From positions 62,001 to 126,000 of the IMG/VR virus record IMGVR_UViG_3300023181_000025: a stretch of DNA of 64,000 nt, one strand, 5' to 3'. Below the pieces are notes generated by a model, which worked only from the letters and a program-made list of their open reading frames with translations, did not search any database and was not told the origin of the DNA. The position numbers were made by a program, and so were the translations under genes. Positions 20,550 to 29,898 of this stretch are shown here, piece by piece (the stretch's first letter is position 1; each line of letters opens with the position of its first letter).

Positions 20550-20661
20550 GCCTTCGAAGCAGACGGTTCGATTCCGTCGCCTAGAGATAGGTCCATGGAT
20601 GGTATAAAGCTTACGGTGACATGGTTTGACTCCATATCGGGTTCAATTCCCGACGAAGGCT
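20550..20661 (+). ncRNA. tRNA-like RNA with two T-arm hairpins
   Basis: GCCTTCG/CGAAGGC; GACGG-TTCGATT-CCGTC at D position and TCGGG-TTCAATT-CCCGA at T position. Confidence 0.65.
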
Positions 20662-20669
20662 CAGTAATA

Positions 20670-20761
20670 GGGTAACTAACTCAAGCGGTCTTGAGACTCG
20701 CCTTGAAAGCGATGAGTTCCAGTAAACATTCTGGAATGGGGATCGACACCTCAGTTGCCCG
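20670..20761 (+). tRNA. tRNA-Ser(TGA)
   Basis: loop CTTGAAA, long variable arm, G73. Confidence 0.88.
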
Positions 20762-20862
20762 CTTTTGTGGTTAGGCATTTGTTTCATATTGGTTTGAGGG
20801 TAGTCCCTCCGCAGTCGAAAGCGTTATCATGCCACCTCGCCAATTTATTGGCGAGGGTGAAT

Positions 20863-20947
20863 GGGTTGTAAATCGGACAGGCGTGCCGAGCTTTGTTGCT
20901 AACAAAAGGGACCGGAAACGGTTGGATTTCGAATATTCTGCAACCCG
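20863..20947 (+). tRNA. tRNA-Ser(GCT)
   Basis: loop TTGCTAA, long variable arm ACCG-GAAA-CGGT. Confidence 0.82.
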
Positions 20948-21006
20948 CACGGAAATTTATAAATAAGATTTCCAAAAATTGTCACAGATAAATAAAATAT
21001 TAATTA

Positions 21007-21080
21007 GGGGTCTTAGCTCAATTGGTAGAGCAGTGCGTTTGCAACGCGAAGGTTGTAGGGTTCGAGTCCCTCAGATTCCA
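21007..21080 (+). tRNA. tRNA-Ala(TGC)
   Basis: GGGGTCT start, G3:U70, loop TTTGCAA. Confidence 0.92.
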
Positions 21081-21083
21081 CAT

Positions 21084-21168
21084 GGAGTATTATGTAAACT
21101 GGTGTTTACGGTTGCTTGGAAAGCAACAGGCCGTTAGTTCGGCAAGGGTTCAATTCCTTAATGCTCCG
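21084..21168 (+). tRNA. tRNA-Ser(GGA)
   Basis: GTTGC-TTGGAAA-GCAAC, long variable arm. Confidence 0.88.
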
Positions 21169-21341
21169 CAGAACTAATATTATGAAAACAACTCATCAAT
21201 TCGCCCTCAAGTTAAACGGAAAAAAGCCGGGCCGATAAAATGATTGAATATTTAGATTACTTAATTAAGAGTCAGACAAAAATACCCGTTTCCAATCAAT
21301 GTTTCGCGGTAATAGTTTTTGATAGCATTAAAAATAAATAT

Positions 21342-22118
21342 TTATTTGATTTCCGCTTTTCTAGTGTCTAAACCCTGTTGAAATAGCCTTGATTCAGCCT
21401 CTCGTCTTAACCATAGGCCTTTTAGCTTTTCTCTTGACCACAGCCTTCTCATGCTCAATATGTCACTAGGAACATTTTCCACTTTATCATTAGCGATATT
21501 ATACTTAATCCATCTCATTTCTTTTCGCGAATCCGTATTAGCTAGCGATGGGCCTCGATTAAAAACTAGCGAGGTTAAAGCTCCGTTAGAATGCGGATGC
21601 AATGTTGTGGGGGCAAGAGAGAACGCATCTTTTGTTTGCTTGGTGAAAACCGGCATGGTATAATTAGTAAATACTTTTTCGGCTTGATTGTAATCAAACC
21701 TTAATAAATTTCTAACCTTTGGAAGGCCATTATAATATGCGTTTTTCCCGGTCATTCCAGACACAGACTGCATCAATTGTATTTCTTTTTCTGTTGCTAC
21801 GCCTGTAAAAGCTTTACGTATTTGATCTTTAGTCATCATCCCTAAGTCATTCCCAATGCATACAGTTACTCCCGATGAGGTTGTTTGCCAAGCAGGAACC
21901 GTTGGTCTGGTTAGATACTTGTCATAGTATTCTCTAGTTCCAGATTCATAATAAATTATCAAATCAACGCTTTTTTGAGAAACTGGGAGCGATAAACCTT
22001 CGCTAATAACGTCATTAGGGCCAGCAAATGCCAGCCCCATAAACGCTACTAATAATAGTAATGTTTTTTTAATTAATTTCAAAGTATCCCACATTTTCCA
22101 TTTTGAATTTAGAAGCAC
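21342..22118 (-). CDS. lysozyme-fold endolysin with signal peptide (true start probably ~22071-22094)
   Basis: LIIYYESG, SGVT..IG.DLG, AL.SLVFNRG, GL..RREAE..LF; KKTLLLLVAFMGLAFA. Confidence 0.8.
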   Translation of the reverse strand: MLLNSKWKMWDTLKLIKKTLLLLVAFMGLAFAGPNDVISEGLSLPVSQKSVDLIIYYESGTREYYDKYLTRPTVPAWQTTSSGVTVCIGNDLGMMTKDQIRKAFTGVATEKEIQLMQSVSGMTGKNAYYNGLPKVRNLLRFDYNQAEKVFTNYTMPVFTKQTKDAFSLAPTTLHPHSNGALTSLVFNRGPSLANTDSRKEMRWIKYNIANDKVENVPSDILSMRRLWSREKLKGLWLRREAESRLFQQGLDTRKAEIK

Positions 22119-23007
22119 TATAGTTATTTTTTGTTTTTAGAAGTATTTTCAAACCCTTTCTTTCCCAATACCTTAAATAATTAGAAAGCGTGGAATTTTC
22201 AGGATAATTGCCAAATTTTGCCTTTATAAAAGATTTAACGTTTATTATATAATATAATTTGTTTTCATAGTTTACAACATACCTAGGTCCATATTTGCAT
22301 TTTAACTTTTTTATAGAATTTATTCTTTTTTGCTTTGATTCTTCAGTATGATTTCTGCCATAAAATGGATTATTTTTACCTTCATAAATCCCAAGCTTTT
22401 TTTCGCGCATTATTATTTTGTCTTTTTTTGTATGTTTATAGCCCTTTGCCGGAGGAGTCACTTCCCCGGATTTAATTTTTTCTACATATTTAATTAGACT
22501 TTGTCGGCTTTTTTCTTTTGATTCTGGAGTTATTTTAGATAAATTATTTATGCTGGTCGCTATAGCCTTTTTACTGTTTTCACCGGTGTAAAAAGCTTTG
22601 AGTTTAAGTGATATTTTTTCTTTTGTAGAGACGCTTCTATGCTTTTCGAATAACTTAAAATCAGTTGGATCATTAAGAATATTGAAACCAAAATCTGGGA
22701 AAGAAGATTGGTAGAAATCTATCCAAAATTTTTCCATTTTAAGTAGATTCTCATATGTATAATTTTTTGCCCATTCTAATATTTCGATTATAAATTCTTC
22801 ATGTCCGAATTTATTCCAATAGTTTTGAAGATGTGCGTTGCCATGTAACTTTTTATTTAGTTGCTGAATATGCTCTTTTAACCTCCTAGATACATTAACT
22901 GAACTTCCTATATAAATTTTACCCGTAGGTATATGAGTTATTGAATAAATAGCCTTTTCATTTTTGTTGTATAACCCATAGCTTTTTATTAATTCTGTAG
23001 CTGTCAT
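22069..23007 (-). CDS. GIY-YIG homing endonuclease with NUMOD3-like repeats
   Basis: AIYSI....GKIYIGSS...RRL.EH; GYKHT, NPFYGRNHTEESK. Confidence 0.9.
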   Translation of the reverse strand: MTATELIKSYGLYNKNEKAIYSITHIPTGKIYIGSSVNVSRRLKEHIQQLNKKLHGNAHLQNYWNKFGHEEFIIEILEWAKNYTYENLLKMEKFWIDFYQSSFPDFGFNILNDPTDFKLFEKHRSVSTKEKISLKLKAFYTGENSKKAIATSINNLSKITPESKEKSRQSLIKYVEKIKSGEVTPPAKGYKHTKKDKIIMREKKLGIYEGKNNPFYGRNHTEESKQKRINSIKKLKCKYGPRYVVNYENKLYYIINVKSFIKAKFGNYPENSTLSNYLRYWERKGLKILLKTKNNYSASKFKMENVGYFEIN

Positions 23008-23411
23008 TTAGAAGCAAGAATTATAATAGAAAAAAGAACTAAGAAAAAAGAAAGAGTCCACCTAGTCTTTTCTTTTACGGAAAATTCATCCCAGCCTATG
23101 TTCATCATTGAACCGAAAAATATTCCAATAGTTTTTGGAAACACCACCCTTTTAACAACCCAAACAAGCGCCGACGCCACGGCAACATGAAGAGAAAGAG
23201 AGGCAATATCCACAAGTGTATAAGCTTCAGCAAGCCCAAACGCACCGTCTACCCATTTCGCCAAGAGTAAAACAAGGTAGAAAAATACCACACTCCCACC
23301 GGCGACAGCTAAGTCTTTAACAACCCCGTTTTGTTTCCCCTTTGTTTCAACAGCTACTTCGATCTTTTTTTCGACCTTTGCTTCTTCTTTTTTTTCTTCT
23401 AGAGTTTCCAT
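23004..23411 (-). CDS. membrane protein, holin candidate
   Basis: three hydrophobic segments, upstream of endolysin, preceded by AGTGTAA. Confidence 0.5.
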   Translation of the reverse strand: METLEEKKEEAKVEKKIEVAVETKGKQNGVVKDLAVAGGSVVFFYLVLLLAKWVDGAFGLAEAYTLVDIASLSLHVAVASALVWVVKRVVFPKTIGIFFGSMMNIGWDEFSVKEKTRWTLSFFLVLFSIIILASK

Positions 23412-23471
23412 AGTAAATTTATTTACACTAAAAATCTTGACATACTAGAAAAAGTTGATATATTCTTGCCC

Positions 23472-23831
23472 ATGATCTCTCCACTTAAACTTTATTTTTT
23501 AGTAATGTATAATCTTTCCGGCATTCAAAAGGGTATTCAGGCCGGTCATAGCGGATTAGAATATGCCAAAAAATATGGCGATACTCCTTTATATAAAGAA
23601 TTTATAGATAACCATAAAACATTCATTCTTTTAGACGGCGGCGGCTCAGAAGATATGGAGCAATATTTAAAATACATCGAAAGTTTGGGTGTTAATTATG
23701 CGGAGTTTCGAGAGCCCGACCTGAATAATTCAGTTTCCGCCATTGCATTTATCGTATCTGATGAGGAGAGGGAGAGTCCAGACAGTAAAATAGGTTTGTT
23801 CTTAAGTCATTTTAATTTTGCCCGCAATTAA
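23472..23831 (+). CDS. peptidyl-tRNA hydrolase Pth2-like protein
   Basis: LY.LV..NLSG.QKGIQAGH, FREPDLNN.V.AIA. Confidence 0.65.
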   Translation: MISPLKLYFLVMYNLSGIQKGIQAGHSGLEYAKKYGDTPLYKEFIDNHKTFILLDGGGSEDMEQYLKYIESLGVNYAEFREPDLNNSVSAIAFIVSDEERESPDSKIGLFLSHFNFARN

Positions 23832-23874
23832 TTACTGGAAACTTTAAAATTTTAGTGTAATATTAGCATACTAT

Positions 23875-23946
23875 GCGGGATTAACTCAGTGGTAGAGTGA
23901 CTCTTTTACAAGGAGTAGGTCGCAGGTTCGAACCCTGCATCTCGCA
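23875..23946 (+). tRNA. tRNA-Val(TAC)
   Basis: ACTCT-TTTACAA-GGAGT, canonical arms. Confidence 0.92.
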
Positions 23947-23951
23947 CATTA

Positions 23952-24022
23952 GGAACGTTTATATATGGGTATTGTAATAGCCTGTCGAGTTAGAGAAAGA
24001 GGTTCGGGTCTCCTACGTTCCG
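23952..24022 (+). tRNA. tRNA-Asp(GTC)
   Basis: GGAACGT/ACGTTCC-G, loop CTGTCGA; weak D and T arms. Confidence 0.7.
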
Positions 24023-24027
24023 CAACA

Positions 24028-24055
24028 AAAAGCCACTAATTACTTGGTGGCTTTT
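24028..24055. terminator. bidirectional intrinsic terminator
   Basis: AAAAGCCAC...GTGGCTTTT between convergent units. Confidence 0.75.
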
Positions 24056-24061
24056 AATGTT

Positions 24062-26209
24062 TTACAAGCTTTCTAGAAAGCTCCCCACCATTGGTGAGTA
24101 AGATGCATAGCCAGCTACATTAGGGTGTAGCCCATCTGAAGCATAATAACTGGCAATATTATAAGGATTCCATCCACTTTTTCGGTTTAAGTCCAAAACA
24201 GGAATTGAATAAGTCGCACAAGTTTGAATTATGGCATCCACAAATTGGCGTAGTGTGGCTCCATTACCGTTTACTGCCGATACACCTGCTCCGCTTCCGC
24301 CTGTAGCTGCCGCAGAGCGAGGGAGAGGCGTAGTAAATGCGACCCTTACTGTTGGTTTTTCTGTTAAAATAGCCTCTATCAGTCCCCTAACATCTCCATA
24401 GAAGGTTCCGGGACCGTTGTAAACACCATAACTAGCTGCTGGGCTAGCGGCATCGCCAAATGCCCCCAATGGCCTATTAAATCCCCAATCGTTTGTGCCT
24501 AACGCAACTACAGCCAAGTCTACTCCGGCTGCACCGGCTGTTGTAGCTACAGATGTAGGTGCAGATGTGATTCCAACGGCTGTTCCGGTAGATATAGAAA
24601 TATTTAAAGAGGAATCATTTACTAGTGCCGTTGTTGATGTAAGGGTAACCGTATCGCCAGACCCACCCACCGTAAATCTTGAAGTTATAGATGAATTAGC
24701 GGCCAATGCTGCTCGAACTTGCGCCATCCAAACTGATGGAGATCCAGTAGAAACTGCCACTGATACTGTCACTGGGGAAACAGGGATTTGAGAGCTAGTC
24801 ACCACAACAGAAGCATTTCCTGCGCTTGATACCGTCCCAATTCCAGTTGCGGTTGTAACTTGTAAAGTTCCCGATAGCGAGCCGGGTGTAATTGCTCCAA
24901 TTTTATGTCCCATTGATGATCCAGAAGTTCCGCTATCTAAGATCATAGAGCCTTCAAGATATCTTGTGGCCGCTTCTTTCCAACCTTCGGCATCGGTTAT
25001 ACTATCACCAATAAAGCCAAGACCTTTACCTTTCCAACGCTTGTTTATTGCGCCGGTAACTCCGAAATTACTAAAGAATAAAGGAAGAGTAGATCCATTA
25101 TAGACCCCCAATCTTTCGGCAACACTATTTAATACAGTCATTCTTGCATAAGCGGCCAAAGATGGAACAGTATATGGGGTATTACCCAATATAGATCCAG
25201 CTTGAGAAGTAGCCAGCCTATTAAAATTTAAATCATAGTAGACAATGCCAAACCCTGCTCCCGCAGCAGTTCCTTCACTCAATATAATTTGCTCTCCCGG
25301 AATAACGGGCATATAATTTGAAATAGAAAAAGAAGAACCGGCTGCTATCGTTCCCCCAGTGCTTAAGGTGAACCCAGAGATTATTCCAAATTTATTAAAT
25401 ATATTAGAAAAACCTCCTATTTCTCTAATTGCCTTTATATTTTGATCTCGATCTGACTGACTATCTATTAATTTAAATGAGGGTATAATTGAGGGTAATG
25501 TAGAACCATCTCCCACATACCAGCCTCTTATATTAACTCCTGCCGTTCCAATAGTAGAGCGCATAAAAAACGCTCCCGCTGGAACTGAAATAGGAGTATT
25601 GGCTGCAAAAGCAGCTATAGAAGATATAAATACTTTATTTGAATCATAAAATGCAGTTCCGCGAGTGGCATCGCTGAAAAATGCTTTGTTTGATATTACA
25701 GTCCCTCCCGGAGTAACGGGGATATAATCCGTTGATTGATATCCTGCGATTGTTTCCGTTGTTCCATTAGATTGTCTTATAAGAGTATTTTGCAATACTC
25801 TTGTTTCATCAAATCGGTTTTTTCCGACTGGAAAGGAGCGATTATCTATATCGGCTGAGGCCGCGACGATCAATGACGAAGATACGCCAGACTGGAACAG
25901 CCAAGCGGTTCCATTATCAATTAAATATCCATTTGATGTGACCGTAACTGCTGCGTCTGGATCAGTAAGTGTTCCGGTAACAGTTATATAATACCATCTT
26001 CCAGAGGTTCCCGGAGCAGGAATAGCTTGCCCAAGCGCCGTTATTTGGCCTTGGTATTTATTTGGGTCTAACCCTGAAAGTGCAGCACTTTGAATTGAGG
26101 AGATCGACGCAACCAACTCATTAAAATTGCTATTTGCTTTAGAAAAAGAATTTCTAATTGTGTCTCCGGTTCCATCATTCGCGGAAGCTCCTATATTAAT
26201 TGTTTGCAT
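24062..26209 (-). CDS. tail fibre/spike-like protein with SGNH (GDSL) esterase domain
   Basis: N-terminal INIG..ANDGTGD.IR..F.K.N.NF.EL; FIGDSIT, LGTND, DGLHPN..G. Confidence 0.8.
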   Translation of the reverse strand: MQTINIGASANDGTGDTIRNSFSKANSNFNELVASISSIQSAALSGLDPNKYQGQITALGQAIPAPGTSGRWYYITVTGTLTDPDAAVTVTSNGYLIDNGTAWLFQSGVSSSLIVAASADIDNRSFPVGKNRFDETRVLQNTLIRQSNGTTETIAGYQSTDYIPVTPGGTVISNKAFFSDATRGTAFYDSNKVFISSIAAFAANTPISVPAGAFFMRSTIGTAGVNIRGWYVGDGSTLPSIIPSFKLIDSQSDRDQNIKAIREIGGFSNIFNKFGIISGFTLSTGGTIAAGSSFSISNYMPVIPGEQIILSEGTAAGAGFGIVYYDLNFNRLATSQAGSILGNTPYTVPSLAAYARMTVLNSVAERLGVYNGSTLPLFFSNFGVTGAINKRWKGKGLGFIGDSITDAEGWKEAATRYLEGSMILDSGTSGSSMGHKIGAITPGSLSGTLQVTTATGIGTVSSAGNASVVVTSSQIPVSPVTVSVAVSTGSPSVWMAQVRAALAANSSITSRFTVGGSGDTVTLTSTTALVNDSSLNISISTGTAVGITSAPTSVATTAGAAGVDLAVVALGTNDWGFNRPLGAFGDAASPAASYGVYNGPGTFYGDVRGLIEAILTEKPTVRVAFTTPLPRSAAATGGSGAGVSAVNGNGATLRQFVDAIIQTCATYSIPVLDLNRKSGWNPYNIASYYASDGLHPNVAGYASYSPMVGSFLESL

Positions 26210-26224
26210 ATTAAATTATTTTTA

Positions 26225-26569
26225 TTAAGCCGCACTGGCTAAGATTGAGTTATTGTCGGCTGTGTATCGAGTTGTATCGGCTGTCCAGAAAGTAGTTATA
26301 ATAATAGGGTTACTTATTATTCCGTTTCCATCAACAACCGTTATTAAATCCCCCGACTTAATGGTATAAGGAATAACAAAGGTAGAATTAGTTGCGCCAA
26401 CAACATTAATTCCATTTATTTGCCATTGGTATGTGGAATTTCCACCAGAAACGGTTAATAATTCTCCCGGATTTGGATTTCCCGATATTGACAAAGGAAT
26501 TCCCGCTCCACCGCCCAAGTTAATTTTTACGGGGAAAATTGAAATTCTTAATTTACTTGTGCCAATCAT
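26225..26569 (-). CDS. virion-associated Ig-like protein
   Basis: YQWQ.NG..V.GAT.STF; TAD repeats. Confidence 0.5.
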   Translation of the reverse strand: MIGTSKLRISIFPVKINLGGGAGIPLSISGNPNPGELLTVSGGNSTYQWQINGINVVGATNSTFVIPYTIKSGDLITVVDGNGIISNPIIITTFWTADTTRYTADNNSILASAA

Positions 26570-26571
26570 CG

Positions 26572-26832
26572 TTATGCTTTATATGCAATAGCAACCCCAG
26601 AAGATAGAGTTATAGACAAAATTCTATATAAAGTAATTAAATCCCCGGCTTGGACTGTTTGTCCATTTAGATTTCCCTCAATTCTGTCTTCGCAAACCAT
26701 TGTTTGAATGTCGATATCAGAAACCGCCTTTAAAGCGAAATATGGACCGTTATGCTGGGCGGTATCCGTAATTATAACGGCCCCCTCAGCACCCAAAAGG
26801 ATCCCGGAATTGTTACTTGATGCGCTAATCAT
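26572..26832 (-). CDS. small putative virion protein
   Basis: C-terminal ITLSSG.AIAY; first gene after AGTGTAA motif. Confidence 0.5.
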   Translation of the reverse strand: MISASSNNSGILLGAEGAVIITDTAQHNGPYFALKAVSDIDIQTMVCEDRIEGNLNGQTVQAGDLITLYRILSITLSSGVAIAYKA

Positions 26833-26936
26833 ATCACTATTTACACTTTTTTGGTTGACTTTTTCTGAAAATGGTGTAGTTTTTCGACAAATGATAAATT
26901 TCTTGCTATTTTTTGAACCTGTGCTAAAATATTAAT

Positions 26937-27551
26937 ATGAAAGGTAAAATCCTAAAGCTCAATAAATACTATTTCCCCGTTTCAGTTTCTGATTATAAAG
27001 AAATTATAAAAAATATATTTAGCGAGGCAGTATACCCTATTGATATTGTATACGAATTAAACGAAGACGGATCTCCAAATATGGAGGAAATCGCCTATTT
27101 TCAACCAATTAAGACTTGGGATGAATGGTCTAAGTTAGAAATCCGCGATTTCGATGAGTCCATTAAAGGCGTCAAAGGTTCTTATAGAATGCCGTCTGTT
27201 GTAATTTGCGCTGACTACAGCAAGATTAAATGGAACAAAGTGGTCTTTCCGACGAAACAAAATATTTGGCAAAGAGACAACTATATTTGCCAATATACTG
27301 GAAAAAAATTAAATAAAGAAACCGTTACTGTTGACCATATTGTCCCAAAATCAAGGGGCGGAAAAGATTGTTGGTTTAATCTTGTTGCGGCGGACAGAGA
27401 AGTCAATAGGGTTAAAGCCGACAGAACTCCAGAGGAATGCGGACTTAAATTAATTAGACAGCCTTTTATTCCAAAAACAAACGCACTTTCTCTCACTTTT
27501 TTAGAAGCTCGTCCAGAATGGACCAAATTTATTCCAGAAAAAACAATGTAA
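26937..27551 (+). CDS. HNH endonuclease (McrA-like)
   Basis: NI..RD.Y.CQYTG, TVDHIVPKSRGG...W.NLV, N..KADRTPEE. Confidence 0.9.
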   Translation: MKGKILKLNKYYFPVSVSDYKEIIKNIFSEAVYPIDIVYELNEDGSPNMEEIAYFQPIKTWDEWSKLEIRDFDESIKGVKGSYRMPSVVICADYSKIKWNKVVFPTKQNIWQRDNYICQYTGKKLNKETVTVDHIVPKSRGGKDCWFNLVAADREVNRVKADRTPEECGLKLIRQPFIPKTNALSLTFLEARPEWTKFIPEKTM

Positions 27552-27558
27552 AGAAATT

Positions 27559-28194
27559 ATGAAAAAAGATTATACACATATAGCAATGGTAATTGATAGA
27601 AGCGGGTCTATGACCAGAGCGTGGAGCGATGTTTTAGGAGGTTACACACAATATATTGAAGACCAAAAGAAACAGGCGGGTAAATGTTCGCTAACAACTA
27701 CCGTTTTTGATACATCTATTGATGTAATTGAAGACTTTACAGATATTCAAGATGTTAATGTCGAATTAAACGCATTCCCTAGGGGCGGAACGGCTTTGTT
27801 GGACGCAATAGGAGTGACTATTTCTTCAGTTGGTAAAAAATTATCAAATCTGCCTGAAGAGGAAAGACCAGAAAAGGTTCTAATAATTGTTCAAACAGAT
27901 GGTCTGGAAAATGCAAGCAAAGAATACAGGGCTTATAGAATTAAAGAAATGATTAAAGAACAGGAAACAAAGTATAACTGGGAATTTTCTTTCATCGGAG
28001 CTTCATTAGAATCAGTTAATGCCGCAGAATCTTGGGGATTCAATAAAGATAATTCAGCCGTTTACTCCACCTCTAATTCGTTTGAAACGATGAGCCTCTT
28101 AAGTGAAAAAACATCAAATTATCGCTCAATGGAATGTTTGGAAAAATCATTCGCATATTCTACTGAAGAAAGATCTAAATTAGTTGAAAAATGA
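27559..28194 (+). CDS. vWA-domain protein
   Basis: DRSGSM, PRGGTALLDAIG, TDGLENASKEY. Confidence 0.88.
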   Translation: MKKDYTHIAMVIDRSGSMTRAWSDVLGGYTQYIEDQKKQAGKCSLTTTVFDTSIDVIEDFTDIQDVNVELNAFPRGGTALLDAIGVTISSVGKKLSNLPEEERPEKVLIIVQTDGLENASKEYRAYRIKEMIKEQETKYNWEFSFIGASLESVNAAESWGFNKDNSAVYSTSNSFETMSLLSEKTSNYRSMECLEKSFAYSTEERSKLVEK

Positions 28195-28437
28195 TTACAG
28201 TAAAAGAATTAATAAAAAAACTAGAAAATGAAGACCAGGAACGCGTCATTATTATGTCTCGCGATCCAGAAGGAAACAGCTACTCGCCTTTTGAAAATTT
28301 TTGGACAGGGGCTTATTCTGAAGAAGGTAGGGAAGCTGGCCTTGATCAATTAACTCAAGAGGATGAAGATTATGGATTCACGGAAGATGATATACTAGAA
28401 GGAACCCCGGCTTTAATTCTTCAACCGTCCTATTAAT

Positions 28438-28875
28438 ATGATTAAGAAAATTTTAAATTATGTAAGTTTTGTGTTATTTTTCTGGAAATTTAATGATGGT
28501 TTATCGCCTTCATTTAAACAGATGGGGATGTTTTCAGATTGTCAGGCTTCTCGCGAGAAGGTAGATCGTGTTTATTCGCGAAATTCGGGAGCAACGACTT
28601 TTTTATCAACTTATTCTGCGTGGTTGGCTGGAAGAGGCTTCAAGGTTGGGTTCTTTACCTCTCCCTATGGGAAGATGAAGTATTTCTCTGGTGTCGCTAA
28701 TATTAAAAATATTAAATCAGCGGGAGCATATGTTTTCCATACGCGGAAAATGGACGAAAAGGCGAAAGGATTGTCATTAGACTATATTATTGTTGACAAT
28801 ACTGAGGTAGACATCCCACTTATTTTAACTCTTAATGGCGCGGGCAAGAAATTGATTCGTATTGATACAATTTAA
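28438..28875 (+). CDS. short terminase-ATPase-like protein
   Basis: SRNSGATT (cf. gp17 SRQ.GKT), KGLSLDYIIVD. Confidence 0.4.
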   Translation: MIKKILNYVSFVLFFWKFNDGLSPSFKQMGMFSDCQASREKVDRVYSRNSGATTFLSTYSAWLAGRGFKVGFFTSPYGKMKYFSGVANIKNIKSAGAYVFHTRKMDEKAKGLSLDYIIVDNTEVDIPLILTLNGAGKKLIRIDTI

Positions 28876-28892
28876 GTGTAATTATAATTACT

Positions 28893-29060
28893 ATGATCAC
28901 TTCGATTCTTACCCTATTAGTTGTTTTCCTTTTACTTTATTTAGTATATTGGTGTGTTGGAAAGTTTATAAGTGGCACGCCATATCAAGTTGTGGGAATT
29001 ATATTGGCGATTGTTTTTATAATTTATGCCCTTAATTCTTTTGGAATAGCACTGCCGTAA
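28893..29060 (+). CDS. 55-aa two-helix membrane protein (absent from ORF track)
   Basis: MITSILTLLVVFLLLYLVYW...IILAIVFIIYAL; preceded by AGTGTAA. Confidence 0.7.
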   Translation: MITSILTLLVVFLLLYLVYWCVGKFISGTPYQVVGIILAIVFIIYALNSFGIALP

Positions 29061-29114
29061 AAATGCGGAGATTTATTTCTTCCCAAATACAAAAAATTGT
29101 GTAATAATACAAAC

Positions 29115-29244
29115 ATGAACTTAAGACAGTTACAACCGATTATTCTTCGCGAGTGGTATCCACTCGTTAAGGCGGTAATGTAAATATTTTTAGTTTAATT
29201 AAAATTTATATTAACCGCTTTTCTGTAAAGATTAGCGGTTTTTT
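29115..29244 (+). promoter_or_regulatory. attenuator-like unit: 22-aa leader ORF (29115-29183) + intrinsic terminator
   Basis: MNLRQLQPIILREWYPLVKAVM*; AACCGCT...AGCGGTT-TTTT; leader AAGGCGGTAA complements TTAACCGCTT. Confidence 0.55.
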
Positions 29245-29369
29245 GTTGGGTTTTTACAAGTTGCACCCGAAGCAATAAGCAGTCGCGGGAATGCGAGTTT
29301 GGTTCTAAAAGGGAACGGAAGGTTAAAGAAAATTATTGATAGGTTTAATACCCTGTCAATAAACATAAT

Positions 29370-29440
29370 ACGGTTATAGTTCAATGGTAGAACGACTGTC
29401 TCCAAAATAGTATATCAGGGTTCGATTCCTTGTAGCCGTG
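29370..29440 (+). tRNA. tRNA-Trp(CCA)
   Basis: ACGGTTA/TAGCCGT, loop CTCCAAA. Confidence 0.9.
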
Positions 29441-29591
29441 CATATATAAAATATTTTCAAGAAAAAAATTGACAAATTGTAATGTTTCAAGTATAGTATT
29501 TTTATGAATGAAGAACAAGCATACGAAAAGATACAGGATTTGATTGAACTAGCTAAGGAACTTATTGATTCCGGGCATTATACCTTCGAGG

Positions 29592-29671
29592 AAGTTGTTA
29601 ATGAGCTTTCTTGTTTGGAGTAACGCTAGACTATAGGCTTAGAAATTGCGGGTTTGAGTCCCGTCAACTTA
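29592..29671 (+). pseudogene. degenerate tRNA overlapping the end of a 39-aa ORF (29504-29623)
   Basis: AAGTTG/CAACTT, T-arm GCGGG-TTTGAGT-CCCGT. Confidence 0.35.
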
Positions 29672-29677
29672 ACATAA

Positions 29678-29749
29678 CGGAAATGGGCAGGCTGGGTATG
29701 CGACTTGTTTGGGGCAAGAACGAGATGATTTCGATTATCATATTTCCGA
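29678..29749 (+). tRNA. tRNA-Pro(TGG)
   Basis: CGGAAAT/ATTTCCG, loop TTTGGGG. Confidence 0.85.
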
Positions 29750-29752
29750 CAG

Positions 29753-29838
29753 TAGCTAGTAGCATAAAAGGGTAATGCGACTTACTTCGAAGATCTCGGG
29801 TAAGTGGATGAAGGAATTAATGCTACCTTCCTAGCTTG
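29753..29838 (+). ncRNA. tRNA-like RNA with extended anticodon arm and enlarged T-loop
   Basis: AGCTAG/CTAGCT, GCAT/ATGC, ACTTAC-14 nt-GTAAGT, GAAGG-11 nt-CCTTC. Confidence 0.6.
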
Positions 29839-29898
29839 TGTTTTTGATAGAAAACAACTTGACGAATCCAATAAATTCGCTAAGATGGTTTCAACAAA

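Noticed and set aside
20046-20975. ORF-track entries 20046-20243 and 20784-20975
   Set aside because: They overlap tRNA or tRNA-like genes and have no protein motifs
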